Assembly (NCBI GenBank): GCA_963727805.1
Contig: CAVSHF010000003.1
Location: 480,001-544,000 of the forward strand
Direction of reading: 5' to 3'
From: an uncultured Nitrospiraceae bacterium
GTDB lineage: Bacteria > Nitrospirota > Thermodesulfovibrionia > Thermodesulfovibrionales > Dissulfurispiraceae
DNA: 64,000 nt
Position numbers and translations under genes: made by a program
Shown: positions 29,180 through 38,363 of the stretch, piece by piece
Position numbering within the stretch: the first letter of the stretch is position 1
How the letters are laid out: each line of letters starts with the position of its first letter
The notes under the pieces: model-generated
Databases searched by the model: none
Seen by the model: the letters and a program-made list of their open reading frames with translations, nothing else
What the model was told of the DNA's origin: nothing

Positions 29180-31864
29180 ATGGCTAAGATAAAAATAGCT
29201 ACATTCTTAATAGTATTTTTCCTGGCATCTATTGCTTTTTCCGAAGGAAGACTCGAGACATCACATGCGATAAAGAAAATTGAAGTTATCGGCCTTCGAT
29301 CTATCAGCACCGATGAACTTCTCTATCTCCTCGACCTGCAGGAAGGAGCGGCCCTAGATCCGGCATTATTGCGTGTGGGTATCAAGCGCGCCTTCCTCAA
29401 AGACATTTTCAAAGATATCATTGTGGAGAGTTCAAGTCCGGAGGATGGCGTTATCACGGTGACCGTTAGGGAAAAAGGCATCATCAAATCGATAGATATC
29501 CAGGGAAACAATTATTTATCTAGCAGATTCATCCGGAAAAATCTTTCTATCAAGAAAGGTGAAAGGATCAATGAGAGAAAGCTGGCAAACAGTGTCGTTG
29601 CACTCGATGACCTCTTTCTCAAAAAAGGTTTTCCCGACTGCAAGATTACTTATACTCTGAGTGAATTGCAGCGTAATAATGTCGCCATTACCATGGTGAT
29701 TAATGAAGGAGAACCTCTCCTTGTTAGGGAAATTAGGATTTCTGGGAGTCTGGAAGATGACAAGAACTCCGTATCAAAACGACTGAAGCTTGCAGTAGGT
29801 GATGTCTTCGATCGAACATCCGTGGACCAGACTATTGAGAAGATAAAGACAGACTACAAAAATAGAGATCATATCGCCATCCAAGCTGATTACACATTTG
29901 AAAATGGGGTACTTGATATCCGTTTTGACCCGGGCAAGAAGATGACGGTCGAATTCGATGGAAACAGCGCAATAGGCTCAAGATCCTTAAAAAAGGAAAT
30001 TCCTTTCTATGAGCTTGATGAATTCAGTGATGATCTTCTTGAAGAGACCGTTGCAAGAATCGTCGGTCTTTACCATGGAGAAGGGTTCCCGAATGCCCAG
30101 ATCGCACCGGTCGTCACGGCTGGTGATAGAAATATCATCGTAAAGTTTTATATCCACGAAGGAGATCGATACCGCATAGATAAAATTGAATTTGAGGGAG
30201 CAATCATACCTGTGGATAAACTGAAGAATGTTATAGGGTTACAAACGGGGGGGTACTATAATCCCGATGTTGTAACGCCTGACAGCGATAATTTGCGAGA
30301 ATTTTACCATTCCCTGGGATATCTTTACGTGAATATTCAGGAGCCTGAGGTTTCGATTAGAGATAACAAGGCTTCGATTACTTTCAGGATTACGGAAGGC
30401 ATTCAGGTGATGGTATCTTCAATAAACATAAAGAACAACAAAATCATATCGGAGGATGAGATACTTCGCGGCATTCCCCTGAAAAATGGGAACCCCTATA
30501 ATGAAATCGACATCCTCGCTTCTCGGATCAAGATACAGAATTTATATCGAAATAGAGGTTTTCTTTCCTCTATCGTTACGATTGAGAGGGAGATTTCCAA
30601 CGATAAGGCCGCTGTAACCTTCAGCATACAGGAAGGAAGTGAGTTATTCTTCGGTAAGAGCGTTGTTATAGGGAATGAAGATACCAGGAGAGAAGTTGTA
30701 TTAAGGAGTCTTCTTCATAAGGAAAGAGAACCCTTCAATTACTCACTTCTGCTGGGGGAAAGGCAGAGACTATACAGGACAGGCCTGTTTACGGATGTGG
30801 AGGAGGTACCTTGGCAGCTGATAGACCATACAAAAGACGTCCTGTACAAGATACATGAAGGGGATGCGGGTTATGTTGAGTTCGGAGGTGGTTATGGAGA
30901 ATATGAAAAATTCAGGGGTTTTCTAGACATCGGCTATAAGAACCTATTCGGCATGAACCGACAGCTTTCATTCAGGACCGAACTCAGTACGTTGACCAGG
31001 AGGTTTATACTCCAATATTTTGAGCCGTGGTTCCTTAACCGGGAGCTCGGATTCAGGGCGCAGATCCTTAGTGAGTACAAGAAGGATTTGAACATAGATA
31101 CACGAGATGTCAATTATCGGTTACAACGGGAAACGGCGACGGCAGGAGTGGAAAAAAAGTTGAATGATAGGGTCAAGGGACAAATATATTATGAACTCGA
31201 CAATGTCAGAACCTACGACGTGCAACCTGATATAGTTCTGACTCATGAGGATGTTGGGACACTCCTTATAAGTGGTGTCAAAGCCGGATTAATCTATGAC
31301 AGCCGGGACAATCCGGTCAATCCGCGCAATGGGATTCTCGGCGGTCTTACATACAAAGTTGCCACTGCCTTATTGTTTTCAGAGACTAACTTCAACAAAC
31401 TTCAGATGTATGCGAACAAGTATATTGCTCTAAGCAAAAATATTGTTCTTGCGTTATCATTGAGAGGTGGTGTGGCGAAAGGCTTCTCTCATACGACCGA
31501 GCTCCCCCTTGTTGAGCGTTTCTTCCTCGGAGGCCGGACGACGGTGCGTGGTTATTCCCAGGATACACTAGGACCAAAAGGTTCAGACAACAATCCCACT
31601 GGAGGTAATGCGTTCTTAATGGGAAATCTGGAGTTTCGCTTCGACATCTGGAAGGGCTTCGGCCTCGTTACTTTTGTCGATAGTGGCAATGTTTGGCAGA
31701 AGGCCGAGCAGGTAACTCTAGGTGACATTAAATATACGACTGGGTTAGGCTTGAGATACAACACACCGGTCGGACCCTTAAGCCTTGATTACGGATATAA
31801 GCTGAACAGGGGAACAGGCGAAAGCAAAGGAGAGATACATTTCAGTGTCGGACAGTCATTCTAA
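29180..31864 (+). CDS. bamA: Omp85-family outer membrane assembly factor (BamA/TamA-like)
   Basis: Signal peptide, repeated POTRA domains, ERFFLGGRTTVRGY, TPVGPLSLDYG, terminal Phe. Confidence 0.82.
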   Translation: MAKIKIATFLIVFFLASIAFSEGRLETSHAIKKIEVIGLRSISTDELLYLLDLQEGAALDPALLRVGIKRAFLKDIFKDIIVESSSPEDGVITVTVREKGIIKSIDIQGNNYLSSRFIRKNLSIKKGERINERKLANSVVALDDLFLKKGFPDCKITYTLSELQRNNVAITMVINEGEPLLVREIRISGSLEDDKNSVSKRLKLAVGDVFDRTSVDQTIEKIKTDYKNRDHIAIQADYTFENGVLDIRFDPGKKMTVEFDGNSAIGSRSLKKEIPFYELDEFSDDLLEETVARIVGLYHGEGFPNAQIAPVVTAGDRNIIVKFYIHEGDRYRIDKIEFEGAIIPVDKLKNVIGLQTGGYYNPDVVTPDSDNLREFYHSLGYLYVNIQEPEVSIRDNKASITFRITEGIQVMVSSINIKNNKIISEDEILRGIPLKNGNPYNEIDILASRIKIQNLYRNRGFLSSIVTIEREISNDKAAVTFSIQEGSELFFGKSVVIGNEDTRREVVLRSLLHKEREPFNYSLLLGERQRLYRTGLFTDVEEVPWQLIDHTKDVLYKIHEGDAGYVEFGGGYGEYEKFRGFLDIGYKNLFGMNRQLSFRTELSTLTRRFILQYFEPWFLNRELGFRAQILSEYKKDLNIDTRDVNYRLQRETATAGVEKKLNDRVKGQIYYELDNVRTYDVQPDIVLTHEDVGTLLISGVKAGLIYDSRDNPVNPRNGILGGLTYKVATALLFSETNFNKLQMYANKYIALSKNIVLALSLRGGVAKGFSHTTELPLVERFFLGGRTTVRGYSQDTLGPKGSDNNPTGGNAFLMGNLEFRFDIWKGFGLVTFVDSGNVWQKAEQVTLGDIKYTTGLGLRYNTPVGPLSLDYGYKLNRGTGESKGEIHFSVGQSF

Positions 31865-31868
31865 GGAT

Positions 31869-32414
31869 ATGCATTTAACTACGTTCGTAGATAAAGAAAA
31901 GTCAGTATGGGGATCAGGGATATTCGTGTGTATTCTTTTTATCCAGCTGATTCTGCAGTTGATTGTTGTTCCCTTTTGCCCTGCTGGACTAATCGACAGG
32001 GTTATCGCGTATGTCGACGATCAAGCGATTACCTATTCTGAGTTCAGAGAAAAATTCGAGAGCATGAGGCAGGTTGTTCCAGATATATCCGAAGAAGAAG
32101 CTGTTAATTCCATGATCAATACCCTTCTTCTCCTCGATCAGGCGCGGAAGATGAGATTCGAGGCTGCGTCTGATGATGATCTTGTAAAAGAATATGTCGA
32201 TATAAAGATTAAATCGAGGGTCTTCATTAAGGAGGATACGTTAAAGGAATACTACAATACTCACAAAGGGGAATTCGGGGAAAAGGATTTCCTGGCTGTC
32301 CATGACACGATAGAAAAATATCTATTGGAGGTTGAGACGAACAAACAGCTCAAAGAACACCTAGAAGAATTGAGAAGCAAGTCGAATATAGTGATCCAGC
32401 TTAGAGATAAGTGA
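31869..32414 (+). CDS. SurA N-terminal domain-like periplasmic chaperone
   Basis: IDRVIAYVDDQAIT after a hydrophobic leader; C-terminal LEELRSKSNIVI; no PPIase domain visible. Confidence 0.65.
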   Translation: MHLTTFVDKEKSVWGSGIFVCILFIQLILQLIVVPFCPAGLIDRVIAYVDDQAITYSEFREKFESMRQVVPDISEEEAVNSMINTLLLLDQARKMRFEAASDDDLVKEYVDIKIKSRVFIKEDTLKEYYNTHKGEFGEKDFLAVHDTIEKYLLEVETNKQLKEHLEELRSKSNIVIQLRDK

Positions 32415-32856
32415 TGACTGCGTGCTCATCGCATTCGGGGAACTTGTGACATTTGAGGCAGTCCCCCCAAATTTTCTGTGGGAGCTTGGCTTTGTCGATG
32501 TCTATAAACCCATTCTTCTTGAAAAACTCGGGTTGATATGTAAGGGCAAAGACTCGCTTGATGCCGAGGTCCTTAGCTTCCTTCAAACATCTCTTTACAA
32601 GTAACCTGCCTATGCCTGCCCCCTGGGATTCCTTAAGGACCGCTAAAGATCTTATTTCCGCAAGGTCCTCCCATAAAATACGAAGAGCGCAGACCCCCAC
32701 AATATCCCCCGCATCCTCATAGACGACAAAATCCCTGAGGCTTTCATAGATCTCGTTAAGGGCCCTGGGGAGCATCTCCTCTTTCCGGGCGAAATCGTTA
32801 ACCAGTCGCTGAATTTTTTTTGAATCAGGAATGACCGCTTTGCGAATCTTTGGCAA
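32401..32856 (-). CDS. argA: Short GNAT N-acetylglutamate synthase-like acetyltransferase
   Basis: MLPRALNEIYE, WEDLAEIRSLAV, VFALTY, LPQKIWGDCLKC; TTG start inferred. Confidence 0.8.
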   Translation of the reverse strand: MPKIRKAVIPDSKKIQRLVNDFARKEEMLPRALNEIYESLRDFVVYEDAGDIVGVCALRILWEDLAEIRSLAVLKESQGAGIGRLLVKRCLKEAKDLGIKRVFALTYQPEFFKKNGFIDIDKAKLPQKIWGDCLKCHKFPECDEHAVITYL

Positions 32857-33382
32857 GCTCGTATCCTTTAATGAGAATTTTCTTATTGATTTCAAGAAAA
32901 TTCTTTCTGCGTGAAGGAGTAATCTCGGTAAGAGCGGATAGAAGCGATTCTTTGTTCACCAGGTTCGACAGAGCGGCAAATGAACCGATGAGGGCCATAT
33001 TTGCGGACCCCTTGTTTTTTAAAGCAGCGGCTATTTCGCTTGCCGGTACGGGGATTGAGATAATATCATTCATCGGTCGTGGAGGGCGCATCATCGAAGA
33101 ATCATAAATCCTAGTACCGCCCTTGACAAGTCTCTCTGAGAATTTATTGCAGGATGCGTCATTCATGACAATCAGGAGATCCGCATTCTTCACGACGGGT
33201 GAACCGATCATCTCGTCGGACACGATGACGGTACAGCTCGCCGTACCACCCCGCATCTCGGCGCCATATGACGGAAACCATGTGACTTCCTTGTTGTCAT
33301 ACATCGCTGCGCACGTAATCAGTTTTCCCAGAAAAAGGATTCCCTGACCCCCAGAGCCCGCGATTATGATCCGTTTTTCCAT
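32825..33382 (-). CDS. 2-oxoacid:ferredoxin oxidoreductase gamma subunit
   Basis: AGSGGQGI, WFPSYGAEMRGGTA. Confidence 0.9.
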   Translation of the reverse strand: MEKRIIIAGSGGQGILFLGKLITCAAMYDNKEVTWFPSYGAEMRGGTASCTVIVSDEMIGSPVVKNADLLIVMNDASCNKFSERLVKGGTRIYDSSMMRPPRPMNDIISIPVPASEIAAALKNKGSANMALIGSFAALSNLVNKESLLSALTEITPSRRKNFLEINKKILIKGYELAKDSQSGHS

Positions 33383-34113
33383 GTGTCCTTAAAAATACCC
33401 GGTTTATATACTTTCATCATACTATTTCTAATCCATTCGAGAGACTCTAGTGGTGCAAGCCCCCAATCCGTCGGGCAAGGTGAAAGAATCTCGACGAGGC
33501 CAAATCCTTTACGTTCTATTTGGTATCTGAAGGCCTTTTTGATCATCTTTCTTGTCTGTATTATGTTTTGATAAGAGTCTACCGAGCATCTCGCGATAAA
33601 CGAAACGCCTTCTATCGTCGCCAGCATTTCTGCCACATGAAGGGGGTAGCCCGTAAGACTCACGTCACGTCCCTTTGGCGTTGTTGTAGTCTTTTGAAGG
33701 GGGAGTGTCGTTGGAGCCATTTGACCGCCAGTCATGCCATAAGTAGCGTTGTTAATAAAGAAAACAGTAATGTTGTCACCCCTGTTCGCAGCGTGGACGA
33801 TCTCACCGGTACCTATTGCCGCAAGATCTCCATCTCCTTGATATGAAAAGACAATTGTGTCGGGTAGGGTGCGTTTCATGCCTGACGCAGCCGCGGGTGG
33901 TCTTCCGTGCGCTACTTCGATCATGTCAAAATCAAAATAATCATAGGCGAAAACTGCACAGCCGACCGGAGCAATTCCTATAATCTTTTCACGAAGCTCC
34001 AGATCGTCGATGACTTCGGCGATCAATCGATGAACTATGCTATGTCCACATCCAGGGCAGTAGCGGAAGGTGACATTTTTTAAACTCTTCGGTTTTTCGT
34101 ATATTTTTCGCAT
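33364..34113 (-). CDS. 2-oxoacid:ferredoxin oxidoreductase beta (TPP-binding) subunit, VOR-like
   Basis: YCPGCGH, PVGC, HGR, YQGDGDLAAIG, NNATYGMTGGQ, LSPCPT. Confidence 0.9.
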   Translation of the reverse strand: MRKIYEKPKSLKNVTFRYCPGCGHSIVHRLIAEVIDDLELREKIIGIAPVGCAVFAYDYFDFDMIEVAHGRPPAAASGMKRTLPDTIVFSYQGDGDLAAIGTGEIVHAANRGDNITVFFINNATYGMTGGQMAPTTLPLQKTTTTPKGRDVSLTGYPLHVAEMLATIEGVSFIARCSVDSYQNIIQTRKMIKKAFRYQIERKGFGLVEILSPCPTDWGLAPLESLEWIRNSMMKVYKPGIFKDTWKNGS

Positions 34114-34158
34114 AAAGTTAATTATACCATATAGCGGTCTAGTGAAGGATTTGCAGCA

Positions 34159-35136
34159 TCACTGGAAATCGCCCGCCTCAAAAAGAACCCCTTCCATAAG
34201 ACCGTAGTCACTTACTATCAGTTCCTGAGCATGGAGTAATTCCATTATCGTCATTATGATCATTGTTCCAGATATTATAATATCCGCTCTTTCGTATTCC
34301 AGTCCAGGAATGCAGCAGCGTTCTTGCATTGGGAGGGCGATAAGCTTTTCAAACATCGATTCAATTGCATCATAGGAGAGAGCCTGTCCATGCACTTTGT
34401 CTCCATCATACGATGTCAGGCTAAGATACATAGAGGCGAGGGTGGCAGGAGTGCCTCCTGTAGCAATGAGGCAGCAAGACTGAGAAAAATATCGGTCCTG
34501 AATGGAAGATAATACTGGATTGAATTCAGCTCTCAAATATTTTTTAATATCGTTTAAATCTGAATGAGATGGAGGGTCATACTTAATAAATAGCTCGAAC
34601 AAATTAACTCCCCCGACTGGAATGCTTGCTTTTGTGCATTGGTCATTGGAACCGATCAATTCTGTACTACCACCACCTACGTCAATTATGATTGAACACG
34701 GGGAACTGAACAGAGTTTTCTGTCCCTGTATGCCTTTAAGAGTCAGTTCAGCCTCTTTATCACCAGAGATAACCGTCACCTCAATTCCTGTTTTTTCTTT
34801 AATTGTTCGTAAGAAAGCACTGCTATCTTGTGCATCTCTAAGCGCACTTGTGCCGATGGCTATAATTTGCCCGACATTGAATTCATCACATTTAACTTTG
34901 AACTTGCTAATGGTTCTAATTGATAATTCTATACTATCATGATTAAGAACGTGCGTCTTACGAAGATCTTTTCCGAGACGTGTGACTTCACGATCAGATG
35001 ACATTCTTACAAGCCTACCTGACCTAACGCAGCCAATCAGCAGCCTTAGGGTATTAGTTCCTATATCAATAACTGCTAGGGGCTTGGAACATAGGCTATG
35101 TCCTATAGTAAATGGCAAGGATTTCCTTGATCGCAT
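34159..35136 (-). CDS. ppx: Ppx/GppA family phosphatase
   Basis: IDIGTNTLRL, TRLG, TSALRDA, DVGGGSTE, RADII, GLMEG; start uncertain. Confidence 0.88.
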   Translation of the reverse strand: MRSRKSLPFTIGHSLCSKPLAVIDIGTNTLRLLIGCVRSGRLVRMSSDREVTRLGKDLRKTHVLNHDSIELSIRTISKFKVKCDEFNVGQIIAIGTSALRDAQDSSAFLRTIKEKTGIEVTVISGDKEAELTLKGIQGQKTLFSSPCSIIIDVGGGSTELIGSNDQCTKASIPVGGVNLFELFIKYDPPSHSDLNDIKKYLRAEFNPVLSSIQDRYFSQSCCLIATGGTPATLASMYLSLTSYDGDKVHGQALSYDAIESMFEKLIALPMQERCCIPGLEYERADIIISGTMIIMTIMELLHAQELIVSDYGLMEGVLFEAGDFQ

Positions 35137-36808
35137 TATCGAGCGAAACCTTTTTCGCTTCGCCCGTGCGTCGTATTTTTATCTCAATTTGGTTATCTTT
35201 CAATGCTTTTTCGCCGATTATTACCTGTATAGGGATTCCAATGAGGTCCGCATCTTTAAACTTTACCCCCGGGCGGACATCTCGATCATCAATAAGCACA
35301 TCCATACTTTCTCCGGTTGAACTGTTGTATATTTCACACAGTTCCCTGTACAGACCCTCCGCCACCTCCACCGTTTTTGGGTCGCTCATATTAAGCGGCG
35401 TGACTTGCATATCAAAGGGTGATATGCTCCTCGGCCAGATAATCCCGTTCTTATCATTGTTCTGCTCGATTGCAGCTGCCGCTATTCTGGCTGGGCCGAT
35501 ACCGTAACTTCCCATGATCATTGGATTTTCCTTCCCGTTCTTATCAAGAAAGACTGCACCCAGCGGTGTCGAATATTTCGTCCCCAGTTTGAAAATGTTA
35601 CCGATTTCAATGACTTTCTCACTTCTGAGACTTCCACCACATTTAAAACACAGATCATCAGCTTTGGCTACCTGTATATCTTGCCATTCAACGTCGAAAT
35701 GAACTCCTGGTTTAACACCTTTTATGTGATATTCTGATTTATTAGCCCCCGCGACATAAGATCCCTCCTTTAGGGAGAAGTCTGCCAACGTTCTAACACT
35801 ATGACCCTCCGGCCCTATGAAGCCTGCTTCAACTTTAAGAATTTCCCGGATTTCATCCTTTGTTGCATGTCTAAACTCACCTATGATTCTGTTCAATTTC
35901 TTTTCATGAAGATCATGATCACCCCTAATAAGAGCTAAAATCGGGCCATCGGAACTCATTATCAGAAGACTTTTAATGAAATATGCAGAGGAAATGCCCA
36001 GATAAGCAGTGACCTCCACAATAGTTCTTTTTCCTGGAGTAGCAATTTCTTCACGATCAAATGTCATAATATCAACAGGAGATGCTATGGAACGTGCCAC
36101 TTCGACATTGGCAGTGTAGCCACATTTATCGCATAGAACTATTTCATCCTCGCCTGCCGGGGTGGGGGCCATATACTCATGGGCTGTAGCACCTGCACCA
36201 CCCATCATTCCGGGATCCGACTCGACCTGATAATATTTCAGCCCGCTTCGTTTGAAGATCGAGTGGTAGGCTTTGGCATGGAGCTGATAGCTGATTTCCA
36301 GGCCGTCTTCATCTGCATCGAAACTGTAACTGTCCTTCATCACAAACTCTCGAGTCCTTAAAACTCCGCCTCTTGGCCTAGCCTCATCTCTGAGCTTAGT
36401 CTGAATCTGATACCAGATCTGAGGTAATTCTTTGTAGGATTTTATTTCTTTTGCAGCAACCCAAGCCATAATTTCTTCGTGGGTCATCCCTAGACACATA
36501 TCTCGACCAAATCGGTCTTTCAATCGGAACATCTCGTCACCAATAGAATACCAGCGACCCGTCTGTTGCCAGATGTCAGCAGGATGCAAGACGGGCATCG
36601 ATATCTCCTGAGCTCCGATTTTTTCCATTTCCTCTTTAAGTATGCGATTTACTTTATTTAAAACCCTCCATCCTAAAGGAAGAAATATATAGAGCCCGGC
36701 AGCTAATTGGCGGACATAACCGGCCCGCAACATCAAAAGCTGACATACGGCAGTCACATCAGATGGTGCTTCACGCATGGTAGGGATGAAAAGTTTCGTA
36801 TATCGCAT
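35096..36808 (-). CDS. proS: Proline--tRNA ligase (with editing domain)
   Basis: LMLRAGYVRQ, QTKLRDEARPRGGVLRTREF, EIGNIFKLGTKYS, GSYGIG, GVKFKDADLIGIP. Confidence 0.97.
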   Translation of the reverse strand: MRYTKLFIPTMREAPSDVTAVCQLLMLRAGYVRQLAAGLYIFLPLGWRVLNKVNRILKEEMEKIGAQEISMPVLHPADIWQQTGRWYSIGDEMFRLKDRFGRDMCLGMTHEEIMAWVAAKEIKSYKELPQIWYQIQTKLRDEARPRGGVLRTREFVMKDSYSFDADEDGLEISYQLHAKAYHSIFKRSGLKYYQVESDPGMMGGAGATAHEYMAPTPAGEDEIVLCDKCGYTANVEVARSIASPVDIMTFDREEIATPGKRTIVEVTAYLGISSAYFIKSLLIMSSDGPILALIRGDHDLHEKKLNRIIGEFRHATKDEIREILKVEAGFIGPEGHSVRTLADFSLKEGSYVAGANKSEYHIKGVKPGVHFDVEWQDIQVAKADDLCFKCGGSLRSEKVIEIGNIFKLGTKYSTPLGAVFLDKNGKENPMIMGSYGIGPARIAAAAIEQNNDKNGIIWPRSISPFDMQVTPLNMSDPKTVEVAEGLYRELCEIYNSSTGESMDVLIDDRDVRPGVKFKDADLIGIPIQVIIGEKALKDNQIEIKIRRTGEAKKVSLDNAIKEILAIYYRT

Positions 36809-36958
36809 ATAATCCTCCTGGATAGGGACGGGGAATCGATTAGTTAACTAGATGAATATATCATTTGATTAACAGAATTTACAAACTAAGCTCTTGAATA
36901 TATTATTGAATGGATATTGCAGCAAAGATCCTTGAAACTCAAGCGATAAAGATTTACG

Positions 36959-36986
36959 ATTTAACATAATATATCTTATCGGACTC
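36959..36986 (-). other. dif site (XerC/XerD chromosome dimer resolution site)
   Basis: Minus strand GAGTCCGATAA-GATATA-TTATGTTAAAT: 11-6-11 layout, XerD arm identical to E. coli dif; AT-rich intergenic location. Confidence 0.85.
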
Positions 36987-37103
36987 TTTCAATAAACAAT
37001 TAATGTTAAAAACCTGTTACAATAAGTGCTCAAACTAAAGACCGAACATCTACTGATAAGACTTCCTTAGGCGGTGTACAAGTAATGTGCATGGGAAAAA
37101 GCG

Positions 37104-38363
37104 TTATTTGTCTTGAGGTTCGGAACTAGTTATGGGACTTGCTAGGCCATATTCGTTCTCAATCCCCGTAAGCCTAATTCCGACAAGCCTTCCGGGGACC
37201 TGAAAATCATTTCGAGGGAGCAAAACCTTAATATAGTTCGATGTTGTGCCGCTCATCACACTTTCTCCGATTGTCTCGACGATAATTTGATGATCGAGGC
37301 CAATATTTTTAGTAATAAATGCTTGCTTTTTAATCTTACTAGTCTCTCTCAACTGTTTAGCCCGCATTCTTTTAATCGGCCCGGGGACCTGAAACCTCAT
37401 AGATGAAGCTTTTGTTCCGGGCCGAGCAGAATATGGGAATACATGAAGATAGGAAAAATCCATCATATCAATCATATTTATCGTATTTTGAAAAAGGGAA
37501 TCACTTTCTCCAGGAAAACCCAGAATTACATCGGTACCTAGAGCTATATTATTGTAATGTTTCATAATTCTCTCAATGCCTTTCAAAAAATCACCCGCCG
37601 TATAAGTCCTATGCATAAGTTGAAGTATGGTATCGTCACCGCTCTGAAGTGGAATGTGTATATGCTTGCAAATACGATCATCGCCAAATATACCGAGCAG
37701 ATCATCTGTAATTTCATTAATTTCTATGGAACTCAGTCTAATTCTGCCGATTGACGACTTAAGCAATAGAATTTCAAGTAATTTAGTAAGATTACATGCA
37801 GGACTTAAATCCTTTCCGTACATACCAAGATGAATTCCGCTAAGCACTATCTCTTCAAATCCAAATGACTCATATCGTAGGACTTCTTCAAGTACTTCTT
37901 CAGGCCTGATGCTAGAGGATCTTCCTCGTGCACGCGGTATTATGCAATAGCTGCACTCATTATTACATCCATCTTGCACCTTAATTACCGGGCGATGTCG
38001 CTCACTTTGAGACATAGTTAATGTAGCGGCTGATATATTAGGAGTTATCATATTGATAATACTATTTTTATCTCTATTACTTACGACATTTATAGTTTTT
38101 TTCTCATCCTTAAGAAATGCGCTATTCAATTCTGCATAACATCCTGTAACGAAGACTTCAGCATTGGTCTTGAGCGCTCTCGAAATCAATTGCCTAGATT
38201 GATAATCAGCCTTTGCCGTTACACTACAAGTATTGATGATGCAAATGTCGGCATCAACGGCTGAATCTACCGTCTGATGCCCAGCAGCATTCAAAATCTG
38301 TTCAATGTGAGAGGTTTCTGCCTGATTCGTGCGGCATCCAAGTGTAAAAAAAGCTATTCTCAT
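37104..38363 (-). CDS. mtaB: tRNA t6A37 methylthiotransferase
   Basis: TLGCRTNQAE, INTCSVT, KVQDGCNNECSYCIIP, HVFPYSARPGT. Confidence 0.92.
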   Translation of the reverse strand: MRIAFFTLGCRTNQAETSHIEQILNAAGHQTVDSAVDADICIINTCSVTAKADYQSRQLISRALKTNAEVFVTGCYAELNSAFLKDEKKTINVVSNRDKNSIINMITPNISAATLTMSQSERHRPVIKVQDGCNNECSYCIIPRARGRSSSIRPEEVLEEVLRYESFGFEEIVLSGIHLGMYGKDLSPACNLTKLLEILLLKSSIGRIRLSSIEINEITDDLLGIFGDDRICKHIHIPLQSGDDTILQLMHRTYTAGDFLKGIERIMKHYNNIALGTDVILGFPGESDSLFQNTINMIDMMDFSYLHVFPYSARPGTKASSMRFQVPGPIKRMRAKQLRETSKIKKQAFITKNIGLDHQIIVETIGESVMSGTTSNYIKVLLPRNDFQVPGRLVGIRLTGIENEYGLASPITSSEPQDK

